From assembly GCA_016699205.1 (NCBI GenBank), contig CP064964.1:420001-452000 (forward strand): a stretch of DNA of 32,000 bases, in the 5' to 3' direction. The notes beneath the pieces are model-generated. The model saw only the letters and a program-made list of their open reading frames with translations. It searched no databases and was not told the DNA's origin. Below are positions 18,022 to 27,530 of this stretch, piece by piece. The DNA is from Candidatus Saccharimonadota bacterium (lineage in GTDB: Bacteria > Patescibacteriota > Patescibacteriia > 2-12-FULL-60-25). Position numbers and translations under genes: made by a program. Position 1 is the stretch's first letter, and each line of letters starts with the position of its first letter.

Positions 18022-19024
18022 AGTTGGAGAAAATACTGCGCTTGTAGAGCTCGAGGTTTTCGAGCGCGATACCCGTACCTTTAGCCACGCATTGCTGCGG
18101 GTTGTCGGCGACGAAGGCTGGGACGCCTGTAGCTTCTGAAAAAAGTCGATCAAGATTGCGTAGCTGGGAGGAGCCGCCGGAGAGAACCATCCCCTTTTGC
18201 ATGACGTCTGCCGAGAGTTCTGGCGGAGTGGCGCGCAACACGTCTTTGATGGCATCGACGATGCCTTGGAGCTCATGCTGAATGGCGTCGGTGACGTCGT
18301 CTGAGGTGACGTTTACGATGCGAGGCAAGCCAGAAATCATGTCGCGGCCTTTTACTTCGAGTTCAAGCTTGTCCTCGAGATAAAGTGCAGAGCCGATTTT
18401 AATCTTGATCTCTTCTGCGGTACGTTCACCAACGGCGAGCCCGTGTTTGCGGCGGACATGTTCTTGGATCGCGCTGTCTAGTTTATTTCCACCGATGCGA
18501 ACAGATGAGGATGCAACAATGCCGCCCAAAGAAATAACAGCGATTTCCGATGTTCCTCCGCCAATATCGATAATCATGTGACCGGAAGCTGAGCCGATCG
18601 GAATGTCGGCACCGATGGCGGCGACGACGGGTTCCTTGATGATGTAGGCGGCGCGGGCGCCGGCGGAGATGGTGGCGTCGATGACGGCGCGGCGTTCCGT
18701 GGAAGTAATTCCACCGGGAACGGCGACCATGACTTCCGGACGGAACAAGCGGACGCCGCCGAGAGCCTTATTAATAAAATATCGGAGCATGGCTTCCGTT
18801 GTGCGATAGTCGGCGATGACGCCGTCTTTGAGCGGACGCTTGGCGACGATCGAGTCTGGCGTACGGCCGATCATGTCCTTTGCTTCTTTGCCAACAGCTA
18901 GCACTTTTTTATCGGCAATCGAAATGGCGACCACGGAAGGCTCATTAATGATAATGCCTTTCTTGGGAATATAGACGAGTACCGTGGTCGTACCAAGGTC
19001 GATGCCAATTTTTTTTCCAAACAT
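18020..19024 (-). CDS. mreB: rod-shape-determining actin homologue MreB
   Basis: MFGKKIGIDLGTTTVLVY..., DGVIADY, GGGTSEIAVISLGGIV, VLSGGSSQLRNLD: canonical MreB/actin-fold blocks. The start at ATG 19022-19024 sits 1 nt after the upstream gene's stop, so I prefer it to the longest ORF start (19105). Confidence 0.92.
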   Translation of the reverse strand: MFGKKIGIDLGTTTVLVYIPKKGIIINEPSVVAISIADKKVLAVGKEAKDMIGRTPDSIVAKRPLKDGVIADYRTTEAMLRYFINKALGGVRLFRPEVMVAVPGGITSTERRAVIDATISAGARAAYIIKEPVVAAIGADIPIGSASGHMIIDIGGGTSEIAVISLGGIVASSSVRIGGNKLDSAIQEHVRRKHGLAVGERTAEEIKIKIGSALYLEDKLELEVKGRDMISGLPRIVNVTSDDVTDAIQHELQGIVDAIKDVLRATPPELSADVMQKGMVLSGGSSQLRNLDRLFSEATGVPAFVADNPQQCVAKGTGIALENLELYKRSIFSN

Positions 19025-19025
19025 A

Positions 19026-20948
19026 TCAGAACGTAATTTGAAAAGGCTGCGATTCAATCCAAGCACCTTCGTACCGATAGCGGGTGTCGCCAAAGTCGGA
19101 TTCATCTTCCGGAGGCGCGGCTCGTTGTACGTTCTTACCGAACAAGAGGTCCAGGGTCAATGTCCGTTCTGCGCCAGGCTGTTTTTGGGCCAAAAATCGA
19201 TAGGAATCTCCTCCTGCCATGGTGGCGATGCGAGCCGGTAATCGATACTTGAAGACCATCTCTCCTGTTTTGCCCGGTTCGATCACCCAGAAGGCGCCGA
19301 AGACCTGTTTGCCGAGTTCGCGGAAAACGTCGGGGTTTTTGGAGATGCCGGCCCATGAGAGAAGCTCGCTCCCTTCCGGAACGTAGACGCGGGTGTAAGC
19401 GCGGTAGCGCGTATAGCGCCAATCAAAAATGCGGTTCGTATTTGTGTAGCGCAGCCGGACGGTGGCGACGGGGCCCGAGGGATCGGTGAAATCGACGGAA
19501 TAGAAGATGCGCTTGTCCATGACGCCGTCGGTTTTTAGCGCGGCGAGGTTGGCATCGATAACCCAGAGATAATCATCCTCTGTACCGATGGTGCGGCCGC
19601 TCCAGCCGCGCAGATCAAGAATCTCTTGCACGGCTTCATCCTTTGCATAGACGAGCATGTCGCCTTGCGCGAGTGAAACGGTTGCGACATCGAGGACATC
19701 TGGCCATCGATTGGCCGGCAAACTGAGCAATGTCGCAATCAAGACATCGCCAAGCTTGCGCACGATATCTTTACGCTGTTCTGTTGGACGGCCTTCTTGG
19801 TGAAAACCGACTTGCGTTTCAAATTGCAGCTGGTCAAAGAAATCATTGGCGGTGAATGTCTGATCCTCGACGGTCAGCGGGCCGGTGAGTATCAAAAGTC
19901 GACGGAAAAATTCTGGCTGAAGGGCGATGACACCATCGAGACGGACATCGATATTTCTCCCCTGCTTGCTCATGCGCTGATAGACATCAATCAAACGCGC
20001 CGCTGATTGCGGATAGTCCGGGGACCAGTTGGAGTCGCGCAAAAACCAAGCACGTACGCCGAGTTCACGCGTCATGAGGGCGGGTGGAACGTCGCGCCAG
20101 GTATCGGTGACGAGATTGTCCAAGGCGTAAACGTCCTCGAATTCAATGCTCTTGATATCGCCAGCATCAACCGTTACAAGTCCGATATTGCCGATGAAAC
20201 CACCTGTTGGGCGGAGTTCGTCGGCGTTTTGGAGAAGGACGAGATAGGTTTTTGCCTCTGGAAAGCCGGACAAAGGAACAATCCACTCGAGCAAACTCAA
20301 ACCTTGTCCGAGCGATTCATCGAGCTCAGGCAAGCGGTCAGCAAGCGGGACGATGGCGGAACGGATCGGTGAAAATAACTCGTCTTGCGGAACATTCTTC
20401 CAGGCATCGGCGGCGATGGTGATTTTTTCACGTGCTAATCGCAGACGCGGAAGAGCGGCGTTCAGATTTTCAAAGAGGGCGCGTTTTTCTTCACGAGAAA
20501 GATCTTGATAGGAACGGCCGGGATCGACAGAGACACCGGAAACAATACCAGCTGTATCGACAGCTTCTTGAATATCGGCAACGACGCTCAGCATTTCACG
20601 AAAGCCGGAGATCGCGGATGAGCCGGAACGCTCGACCTGCTCCAAGGCTTTAAGCCGCGTGCCGATCCAAGGTGCTTCACGCCAATTCCCCATCGCGCGC
20701 AAGCCGCCGCGGATATTGGACAGGTCATTCTCAGCAGCAATGAGTCCGCTCTCGGCAGCAGAAAAATCACGGACGCCTGCATCGGCGACAGCGCCACGCA
20801 GATGACTCTGTAAACTTACGGCTGCACCACCCGCGACGAGAGATCCATAGATCACTGGCGAGACGATAATCAGGAGTGCGATCGTTAGAGCGATGCCCAC
20901 GCCTAAAGCCACGCGTTTCCACGGCAAATCAGCTACATTGAAGTCCAT
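19026..20948 (-). CDS. DUF4012 domain-containing membrane-anchored protein
   Basis: N-terminal TM segment (VALGVGIALTIALLIIVSPVIYGSLVAGGAAV) and the diagnostic block YLVLLQNADELRPTGGFIGNIGLVTV of DUF4012. This family is commonly adjacent to cell-wall glycan genes. Confidence 0.8.
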   Translation of the reverse strand: MDFNVADLPWKRVALGVGIALTIALLIIVSPVIYGSLVAGGAAVSLQSHLRGAVADAGVRDFSAAESGLIAAENDLSNIRGGLRAMGNWREAPWIGTRLKALEQVERSGSSAISGFREMLSVVADIQEAVDTAGIVSGVSVDPGRSYQDLSREEKRALFENLNAALPRLRLAREKITIAADAWKNVPQDELFSPIRSAIVPLADRLPELDESLGQGLSLLEWIVPLSGFPEAKTYLVLLQNADELRPTGGFIGNIGLVTVDAGDIKSIEFEDVYALDNLVTDTWRDVPPALMTRELGVRAWFLRDSNWSPDYPQSAARLIDVYQRMSKQGRNIDVRLDGVIALQPEFFRRLLILTGPLTVEDQTFTANDFFDQLQFETQVGFHQEGRPTEQRKDIVRKLGDVLIATLLSLPANRWPDVLDVATVSLAQGDMLVYAKDEAVQEILDLRGWSGRTIGTEDDYLWVIDANLAALKTDGVMDKRIFYSVDFTDPSGPVATVRLRYTNTNRIFDWRYTRYRAYTRVYVPEGSELLSWAGISKNPDVFRELGKQVFGAFWVIEPGKTGEMVFKYRLPARIATMAGGDSYRFLAQKQPGAERTLTLDLLFGKNVQRAAPPEDESDFGDTRYRYEGAWIESQPFQITF

Positions 20949-20955
20949 GGGTTGA

Positions 20956-21846
20956 TTATACCGCTTTTGAGCGAGGATCGGGGGAACCGAGATGTTTCAA
21001 GAAATATTTGACTCCGCTCGCGAGGTGCACGCGCGCCAATTTATTGGTGATGAATTCCCATGGGAAACGGATGCGGCTCTCGCGTCCGTGATAGTGCATG
21101 AAGCGTGAAACCGGGGCGTAGGTAACGCGATGACCGGCGGACCAAGCGCGGCGGCAGATATCCGCTTCTTCAAAATACATAAAGAAGCGCGGATCAAAAT
21201 GACCGATGTTATTGAGGACGTTTTTACGGATGAGCATGGCGGCGCCGAGTACCCAGTCGACATCCTGCTCGAGAGCGCGGTCCATATCTTTCATGACATA
21301 GCGGTCGAGGGATTTGCGGGCGGTTGGGAATCGACCCAAAAATGTGCGGCGGAGAACCGGGGTGAGCAAGTTCGGGAAACGATAACAGGATTCCTGATCG
21401 GAGCCGTCGGGATTCAAAATGCGCGGACCGCTAATGCCGACATCAGGACGAACATGCATCCATTCAAGCCAAGCTTCTACCTCGCCCGGAAATACGGTGA
21501 CATCAGGATTAAAAAGGAGGATGTACTCGCCACGCGCTTCTGCGAGAGCAAGATTGTTGCCAGCTCCGTATCCGATATTGGCCGGACTCTCAACGATGCG
21601 TACCCAAGGGAAACGCTCGCGAACCATCTCGATCGTGCCGTCGCCGGAGGCGTTGTCGACCAGAATGTATTCAAAAGGAAATCGAAAACCCGCCTCCTCA
21701 ACACCCTTAAACAACTGACGGATGTGGTGAGGAGTCTTATAGTTCACCGTAACGAAGGTTACGAGCGGGGTGCGCGCCTGGTCCATACCCACGTCCAATA
21801 CCGCAAAAAGCCCGGGCTGGCAAGCGTTGCGCCGGGCTGTAGCCAT
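20956..21846 (-). CDS. glycosyltransferase family 2 (GT-A, WbbL-like)
   Basis: VTFVTVNYKT...ILVDNASGDGT...ANIGYGAGNN...GEYILLFNPDV... The start is uncertain; MDQARTP at 21786 is plausible, and either choice overlaps the upstream gene. Confidence 0.85.
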   Translation of the reverse strand: MATARRNACQPGLFAVLDVGMDQARTPLVTFVTVNYKTPHHIRQLFKGVEEAGFRFPFEYILVDNASGDGTIEMVRERFPWVRIVESPANIGYGAGNNLALAEARGEYILLFNPDVTVFPGEVEAWLEWMHVRPDVGISGPRILNPDGSDQESCYRFPNLLTPVLRRTFLGRFPTARKSLDRYVMKDMDRALEQDVDWVLGAAMLIRKNVLNNIGHFDPRFFMYFEEADICRRAWSAGHRVTYAPVSRFMHYHGRESRIRFPWEFITNKLARVHLASGVKYFLKHLGSPDPRSKAV

Positions 21847-22427
21847 GCTATCGCTTCTTCAATCTGACGACCTTTGGCCCCTGTTTGCGAGAACTTCCAG
21901 AGAAAATCCTGTATCGCCAAGTCCTTGCCGTGACGCGGATCAGGGCGGAGCGAACCGATATCCTGAGCACGGATCATGACGCAGGCAGCGGAGAGATCTT
22001 CTGGCCGAGTTGGCATCACGCGGTCATCGCTGAGCAGGAGCTCTCCTTCTGTTGAATCCGGATCATACGAGGCGCGAGCCAAGGAAGGCCAGGCAAAAAT
22101 AAGCGATTCGTCTTTTTGAAATGCATCAAGCATTGCTTGAAGCATGTTGGGCGCAAAGACGAGATCGCCGCGGGACATGATGAAAAATTCCGCACCAGAT
22201 GCCAGCTCCATCGCCTGCGACATGGAACGGGACAAACTTTGCGGACGCAGATTACGTAATACGTAAACCGGAGGCTCGGTCGGCGTGGAGCGGGTGCCGC
22301 TGTTATCAACGACTACAGCTTGCCAGTCATGGAAGGTCTGGGCAGATAGACTTTCTAAAAAGGCAGGCAAACGCGTTCCGAGGTCGTCGGAAGCCACGTG
22401 TACGGACACGCGTTTGGTGGTGCTCAT
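21759..22427 (-). CDS. divergent glycosyltransferase family 2-like protein
   Basis: VSVHVASDDLGTRLPAFLESLSAQTFHDWQAVVVDNSG and ASGAEFFIMSRGDLVFAPNML resemble the GT-A fold N-terminal half. I prefer ATG 22425-22427 (MSTTKRV), which lies 4 nt after the upstream stop. Confidence 0.5.
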   Translation of the reverse strand: MSTTKRVSVHVASDDLGTRLPAFLESLSAQTFHDWQAVVVDNSGTRSTPTEPPVYVLRNLRPQSLSRSMSQAMELASGAEFFIMSRGDLVFAPNMLQAMLDAFQKDESLIFAWPSLARASYDPDSTEGELLLSDDRVMPTRPEDLSAACVMIRAQDIGSLRPDPRHGKDLAIQDFLWKFSQTGAKGRQIEEAIAWLQPGATLASPGFLRYWTWVWTRRAPRS

Positions 22428-22431
22428 AGGA

Positions 22432-23916
22432 TTAATCGACTTTACGCTTTTGTGAAACGTTGAAACCAAGATACTTTCCAAACATGAGACGCGTCTGCGC
22501 ATCGAGAGCTGGTAGGGCACCGAAGATGACGAATGTCACAGGCGAAAGAAGCCACTGAGCCGTGAAGATCAATGCAGCGTATGGGCGCGAGTAGTGCTTT
22601 GGACGAGGCGGGAGCAGTGTCAGCGCGAGACCGGCCGATACAAACAAGCCGACCATCGAGAGACGCATAAGCCACTCGAGCGTGAATGGCGTGTTTTGGA
22701 AGACGGCAAATGATCGGAGCTGTTCCGGTGCTGCCCAGAATGGAAGGTAGCCGAGAATCAATACGATGAATGGAGCTGTCGCCCAGGTGTACATGCCTTC
22801 CACTTGTTTGAAGAGCCACCAAAACTTGGTACGAAACGGCATTTCCTTGTCTTTGCTGAAAGCCTCCACCATGTAGGGAAAATTTTCCACGCCCCAAGCC
22901 CAGCGACGCAGCTGTTTATAGAGCGCGCCGAGAGCGGGAACGTATTTTCCGGTCATCACGGTATCCATCGAGACAGGCAAATGTACCGGAGTCACGCGAT
23001 AACGTCCGTGATAGTGTACGAGACCCTGAAGAAAGATGTGCGAATCTTCCGAGACCATATCCTTTACCCAGTAGCCAACATCCATCAGCATGCGGAGCGA
23101 CATCGAGTGCGAAGAAAAGGTCATCATGCCCTCTGGACGTGCGAGCTCGGTCATCAGCCAAAAGGTTGTACCGAACATAGCAACGCGGACCGCGGCCGGA
23201 GATTCCCAAAGATTGTTATTGTAGAGCGCAACAGGCTGATAGGAGCTGCGCGTCGGTTCTGGAACCGTAAGATAATGCCATGTCAGCGCCGAGAAGTACT
23301 GCGGGTGAACGATGGTGTCGACATCAAAAGACGAGACAATCGTTTTTTCCGGATCAAGACCTTCGGCAACAAGCTTAGGAACAACCTGATTTGCCGACCA
23401 ATTCAAGTTTGAGCCCTTGCCCGGGATTTCATCGGGTAGGTTTTTGGGATGAATGGTCGTCAGAAGACCGCCAAAATGCTCGGCAAATTGCGGTACGAGG
23501 TCATTGGCGATGAACTGGAAATTTTCTGCGTCACGCTCTTCACCTGCGAGCACGATAATCATGCGCTTGGCTGGGTAGGAACAGCGCATGAGCGAGTGAA
23601 GGGTTTCACGAATCACGCCCTTCTCTTCTTTATACGTCGGAAGAAAGACAAGATGACGGATGCCGTCGTAGCCCGGAAGGAATGAGGCGTCGTGCTGCCA
23701 ATCGCGCTTCAAGGCTAAGCGATACAACCACCAAGACCAGAGGAGGAATGGAATAAAATAGATGATGCGGAGCAGCCAGTACAGATCAAAGATAATAATG
23801 ATATACACCATCCAAAGCGGCTTCGCGAAAGACAGAACCACGGACAAGATGAGCGTGGTCCAGACCAGGGCTCCTGGGATGATTTCCAGGAAGCGTTGGT
23901 AGCGAGTGCGTGTCAT
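22432..23916 (-). CDS. membrane-embedded processive-type glycosyltransferase family 2 (QxxRW motif)
   Basis: N- and C-terminal TM segments flank a GT2 core (LVFLPTYKEEKGVIRETLHSL, SSFDVDT). YKQLRRWAWG matches the Q(Q/R)xRW signature of cellulose/chitin/hyaluronan-synthase-like enzymes. Confidence 0.8.
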   Translation of the reverse strand: MTRTRYQRFLEIIPGALVWTTLILSVVLSFAKPLWMVYIIIIFDLYWLLRIIYFIPFLLWSWWLYRLALKRDWQHDASFLPGYDGIRHLVFLPTYKEEKGVIRETLHSLMRCSYPAKRMIIVLAGEERDAENFQFIANDLVPQFAEHFGGLLTTIHPKNLPDEIPGKGSNLNWSANQVVPKLVAEGLDPEKTIVSSFDVDTIVHPQYFSALTWHYLTVPEPTRSSYQPVALYNNNLWESPAAVRVAMFGTTFWLMTELARPEGMMTFSSHSMSLRMLMDVGYWVKDMVSEDSHIFLQGLVHYHGRYRVTPVHLPVSMDTVMTGKYVPALGALYKQLRRWAWGVENFPYMVEAFSKDKEMPFRTKFWWLFKQVEGMYTWATAPFIVLILGYLPFWAAPEQLRSFAVFQNTPFTLEWLMRLSMVGLFVSAGLALTLLPPRPKHYSRPYAALIFTAQWLLSPVTFVIFGALPALDAQTRLMFGKYLGFNVSQKRKVD

Positions 23917-24314
23917 GGTTTCTTGGGAATGGTGATGTTGGGCTCTTTGTCGTAAATGGGTGCGACGTAGGAGGATGCTTTCTGTTTCCAGATTCCAGCC
24001 GTGAGCTGATGCGAGAGAACTGGAAGATCATGAGCTTCATCGACTGTGATACCGATCAGTGGGATATCCAGCAGGCGCGCGATCATGTTGGCATCAAGGA
24101 CTCCGGCGCGGACGGATGAGAATGACCCGGGTCCGGCAACGACACAGACTCCCTCGATCTTCTTTAAGCCCTTGTTACCCATGGTTTTAGCGAGTTTAGG
24201 CAGAAGACCAACCGTTCTCCCTTGGATTGAGGTGATTTGTGGGAGCTTTCCGTCTTCCAGGATCGCAAAACGCGCTTCTCCAGGCGCGTGCGTATCGAGA
24301 AAGAGCCAGGCCAT
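23913..24314 (-). CDS. tsaB: short TsaB/YeaZ-like protein (tRNA t6A machinery), N-terminal half only
   Basis: 133 aa. LFLDTH..., GVCVVAGPGSFSSVRAGVLDANMIARLLDIPLIGIT matches the TsaB N-domain (GPGSFTGxR block). The stop overlaps the downstream GT2 start in an ATGA junction (23913-23916). Confidence 0.7.
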   Translation of the reverse strand: MAWLFLDTHAPGEARFAILEDGKLPQITSIQGRTVGLLPKLAKTMGNKGLKKIEGVCVVAGPGSFSSVRAGVLDANMIARLLDIPLIGITVDEAHDLPVLSHQLTAGIWKQKASSYVAPIYDKEPNITIPKKP

Positions 24315-24319
24315 ACCGA

Positions 24320-24928
24320 TTAAGCCGTGTGATCGCGTTCGTTCAAGCGATCGACGACGACATTTTTGGCCGACTCGAGAATTCCGTACAAGAATTTATC
24401 TGTCATGTCTTTACGGTAACGGAATTCTTCCGGCGACATGACGGTGAAGTTGATTTCGTAGCCGAGCGATTTCTCGGAAGCGGCGACAAGCGCTTTCAAT
24501 TTATTCTGGTCGACCGTGCCAACGATAAAGAGATCGACCGGGGCTTTGGCTTTTCCGAGGAAGACACCAAGGAAGGCGAGGTAGCGGACATCGCCCAAAC
24601 GGAGGATCTCCTGGTCGAGACGGCCCTCGAGCAAAATCTGCGCACGCATGATGAGTGCGGAAATTTCCGGCAGGAGCTTGAAGGTCGGATTGATCTTATA
24701 ATATTTCTTCTTGAGACCTGGCTGGCGTTTGCCTTTGGATTCTTCTCCCTCGACAACTTCCATGATCAAACCAAGCTTCACGAGGTTGGAAAGCTCGCGA
24801 CGCACAGCGTTGATTTGGGTGCCGACGCGGCGGGTGATCTCGCGCACAAAAAGCGGCTCATCCTGGTGGCGGAGAAACAGGCTCAATAACTTGACCCGAG
24901 TCCGTGATCCAAATAGGTGTTCAAGCAT
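24320..24928 (-). CDS. winged-helix (ArsR/MarR-like) DNA-binding protein with uncharacterised C-domain
   Basis: N-terminus LFGSRTRVKLLSLFLRHQDEPLFVREITRRVGTQINAVRRELSNLVKLGLI is a typical wHTH. The C-terminal ~110 aa are unassigned. Confidence 0.6.
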   Translation of the reverse strand: MLEHLFGSRTRVKLLSLFLRHQDEPLFVREITRRVGTQINAVRRELSNLVKLGLIMEVVEGEESKGKRQPGLKKKYYKINPTFKLLPEISALIMRAQILLEGRLDQEILRLGDVRYLAFLGVFLGKAKAPVDLFIVGTVDQNKLKALVAASEKSLGYEINFTVMSPEEFRYRKDMTDKFLYGILESAKNVVVDRLNERDHTA

Positions 24929-25060
24929 ACAGACCCCATAAGCATGCCCGAGTACTCACCGCTTGACAAGGCAAGGAATTGTCCGGAAAGGCGTCTGGAC
25001 GAGCCGGAACTATTGCCCGTATACTCGACCTATTCCCGTTCGATTTTGCGAGGAAATACC

Positions 25061-27121
25061 ATGGAATATCCCCTACGCATCGCCGAGATAGAGGTAAGCC
25101 AAGCGGCCGCTGATGAGCGGATCGTTGGATTGTTCCGTTATGACTCGGAATCTGGAGGTCGCAAGGGTCCGACCCTGCTTATCTTGGCGGACATTTCATC
25201 GACCTTGTACGCCTATGAACAACTCCTTGACGCGCTGAACGCGGCAGCGGAGCAGACTCGTACTCTTCTCTCCGGAACCGGTATCGACTCCATGGCGCGT
25301 TTTGAGAAGCTGGTCGAGCGCTTGAATGAAGCGGTGGCCGAGTTTGTGGAACGAGAACCGAGCGAGCTCGCTTGGCATCGCGTAAACTTGTTTATCGTCG
25401 AGGTGTTTGAGGGTCGCGTATGCGTTGCCGGCATCGGACAGCTCTCGAATATCTTTTTGCAGAAGCAGGCTGATGGCACATTCCGCAGTTTTGATTTGCT
25501 TGGCTCACTCGACATGCCGGCGGAGATCGATCCAAGAAAACCGTTTGCATCGATCTTGTGCGGCGATCTACGCAATGGCGATGTGATGTTCCTTGGAACC
25601 AATAACTTTGAACGTCTGCGCGGCGAGCTCGGCATGGTTGCGAAGCTGAAAGAATTGCCGCCGATTACGGCCGCCCTTGAGATCAAGCAGGAGTTGGAAC
25701 GCCGTGGCATTCCGGATGACTTTGCTGCCGTCGTGGTTGCGCAGGTGGCGACATCCACTCGTCCGGTCGAGGCCGTGGTTACGAATGAACCAAAGAGCAC
25801 GAACTCGGTAGAAAAGATGCGTTCTGAAGAGAAAAAGACGGAAGAGATCCTCTCCCCTTCTATTTCACCGCCAAAACCAGCCATGACCTTGGTTGGTTTG
25901 TGGGCACGCGCTCGGGACACGGTTAGCCGGAGATCGCAGGCGGCTAAATCGCCAAGAACAAAGAATCCGGTTTCCATGGCGAGTATGCGCGGAATGAATG
26001 CCGGACATGGCAGCATTTTGAGCGCGGATCGAAAGCGCACGTTACTTATTGCGATTGCGATCCTGCTTGTTTTGGGTGGTATTGGTGCTTGGTTCTATTC
26101 ACGCCAGAAATTTACAGCCGAGCAGCAGCTTTGGAATGCTGTCTTTGATCAGGCAACGGATAAAAAGACACGTGCTGAGAGCGATCTCGTCTATGGAAAT
26201 GAAGAGCGTACGCGATCGTTGATGGCGGAGGCACAGAACCTACTTGGTACATTGGATGATAAGACGGCGGATCGAAAAGCAGCGAAGGAAGGCTTGAGCA
26301 ACGAATTACAGGAATTGGCTCTTAAACTTAAGCGCGAGCAGAAGGTTGCGCCGATCGAACTTGCAACCGCATCGCTTGGAGCGCCGGATGGCTCGTTCAT
26401 CTCCCCCGCTTTCAAAGACGGCAAGATTTATGTGATGGATTTGGCAGGAGAAAGCTTGGTCGAGGTTAATCCTCTTAATAAAGAGAATAAGCGCTATCGA
26501 CTTCCCGATGGAACGGCGCGTATTACATCGGTGGCAGCGGGTGCGAGCGGTCTCTACTTGATTACGGAAGCTAAAACCATGCTTTCGTTTGATACGGCCG
26601 CTGGTACCTACCTCTCGACCAGTTGGACGAATAAGGCCTCGAGCACACAAGGACTCGTTCTTTACGGACGCCGCTTCTACGTTCTCGATACGCTCGCCAA
26701 TATGATCTGGCGTTATGCGCCGGTTGGAGGAGGCGTTGCCCAGGAGCAGGCGTACCTCAAGCAGAATTCCTCGCCGCTGTCGGATGCAGCAGGCATGGCC
26801 ATCGACTCAAATGTCTACGTCGCCTGGAAGAATGGTTCAATCCGACGATACCTCTCGGGTGCCGAGGAGAGCTGGAGCGTTGTCACGGTTGATCCTCCGC
26901 TGCAGAGCGCATCCGGTATCTGGACGGCGGCGGAAACGGATCGCGTCGTTGTCTCGGATCCGGCAGGTAAGCGCGTCCTCGTCTACAGAAAAGATGGACG
27001 ATTGGTAGCGCAGCTCGTCTCGGACAGTTGGACATCGCCGACAGCGGTTTACGGCGATGAGGTCGGGAAAAAGCTCTACGTTGTTGATGGAAACAAGCTT
27101 TGGCAGGTGGAGCTTCCATAA
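25061..27121 (+). CDS. hypothetical single-pass membrane protein: cytoplasmic N-domain, TM helix, extracytoplasmic coiled region and ~6-bladed beta-propeller-like C-domain
   Basis: I prefer ATG 25061 (GAGGAA 8 nt upstream) over the listed 24917, which overlaps the divergent gene. TM helix LLIAIAILLVLGGIGAWFY. Six recurring blade-like units: KIYVMD, GLYLIT, RFYVLD, NVYVAW, RVVVSD, KLYVVD. Confidence 0.6.
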   Translation: MEYPLRIAEIEVSQAAADERIVGLFRYDSESGGRKGPTLLILADISSTLYAYEQLLDALNAAAEQTRTLLSGTGIDSMARFEKLVERLNEAVAEFVEREPSELAWHRVNLFIVEVFEGRVCVAGIGQLSNIFLQKQADGTFRSFDLLGSLDMPAEIDPRKPFASILCGDLRNGDVMFLGTNNFERLRGELGMVAKLKELPPITAALEIKQELERRGIPDDFAAVVVAQVATSTRPVEAVVTNEPKSTNSVEKMRSEEKKTEEILSPSISPPKPAMTLVGLWARARDTVSRRSQAAKSPRTKNPVSMASMRGMNAGHGSILSADRKRTLLIAIAILLVLGGIGAWFYSRQKFTAEQQLWNAVFDQATDKKTRAESDLVYGNEERTRSLMAEAQNLLGTLDDKTADRKAAKEGLSNELQELALKLKREQKVAPIELATASLGAPDGSFISPAFKDGKIYVMDLAGESLVEVNPLNKENKRYRLPDGTARITSVAAGASGLYLITEAKTMLSFDTAAGTYLSTSWTNKASSTQGLVLYGRRFYVLDTLANMIWRYAPVGGGVAQEQAYLKQNSSPLSDAAGMAIDSNVYVAWKNGSIRRYLSGAEESWSVVTVDPPLQSASGIWTAAETDRVVVSDPAGKRVLVYRKDGRLVAQLVSDSWTSPTAVYGDEVGKKLYVVDGNKLWQVELP

Positions 27122-27151
27122 TCACGCAACAGAGTCACACATCATACAAAA

Positions 27152-27179
27152 ACGACCCCACCCAGGGCCGTTCTTGTTT
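27152..27179 (+). terminator. weak candidate terminator after the membrane/propeller gene
   Basis: Stem acg-a-ccc (27152-27158) / ggg-c-cgt (27165-27171) with one mismatch, followed by tcttgttt. Confidence 0.35.
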
Positions 27180-27224
27180 ATGAGTATGATTATGATGCGT
27201 GACTATGATATACTCCCCGAAGCT

Positions 27225-27464
27225 ATGCAAAAGAAAATAAAAAGCTCTTTAAAGAAAGCGAGTCCAGCCAAGCCGACTCTCTCGCTGACGATGTGGATCG
27301 GATTTTGGTCGCTCGTGTTTTGTACCATGATCATGATCGTCGCGACGTTTACATCGGCTATTCAGCCTTTGCTGAACTTGCCAGCTTATGATGCTGCTGC
27401 TGATATCGCCGAGATCAAACAAGATTTGGATCAGGCAGTGACGGCACTGGAAGCGGCCGAATAA
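27225..27464 (+). CDS. small membrane protein (79 aa; start uncertain)
   Basis: MQKKIKSSLKKASPAKPTLSLTMWIGFWSLVFCTMIMIVATFTSAI has one TM helix. An extended -10 element TGaTATACT (27206-27214) lies 10 nt upstream of ATG 27225. An alternative ATG is at 27180. Confidence 0.45.
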   Translation: MQKKIKSSLKKASPAKPTLSLTMWIGFWSLVFCTMIMIVATFTSAIQPLLNLPAYDAAADIAEIKQDLDQAVTALEAAE

Positions 27465-27478
27465 TCAGATAAGAAATG

Positions 27479-27504
27479 AAAAAACTCGCTTCGGCGAGTT
27501 TTTT
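27479..27504 (+). terminator. intrinsic terminator
   Basis: aaaaaactcgc ttcg gcgagtttttt: a perfect stem with a UUCG loop and T-run, 15 nt after the stop codon. Confidence 0.8.
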
Positions 27505-27530
27505 CGTGTATTATAGTGACAATAAACAAT

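Noticed and set aside
26834-26843. ggttcaatcc, a T-arm-like string suggesting a tRNA
   Set aside because: It lies inside a well-supported CDS, and no acceptor or anticodon stems can be built around it. No tRNA was found anywhere in the window.
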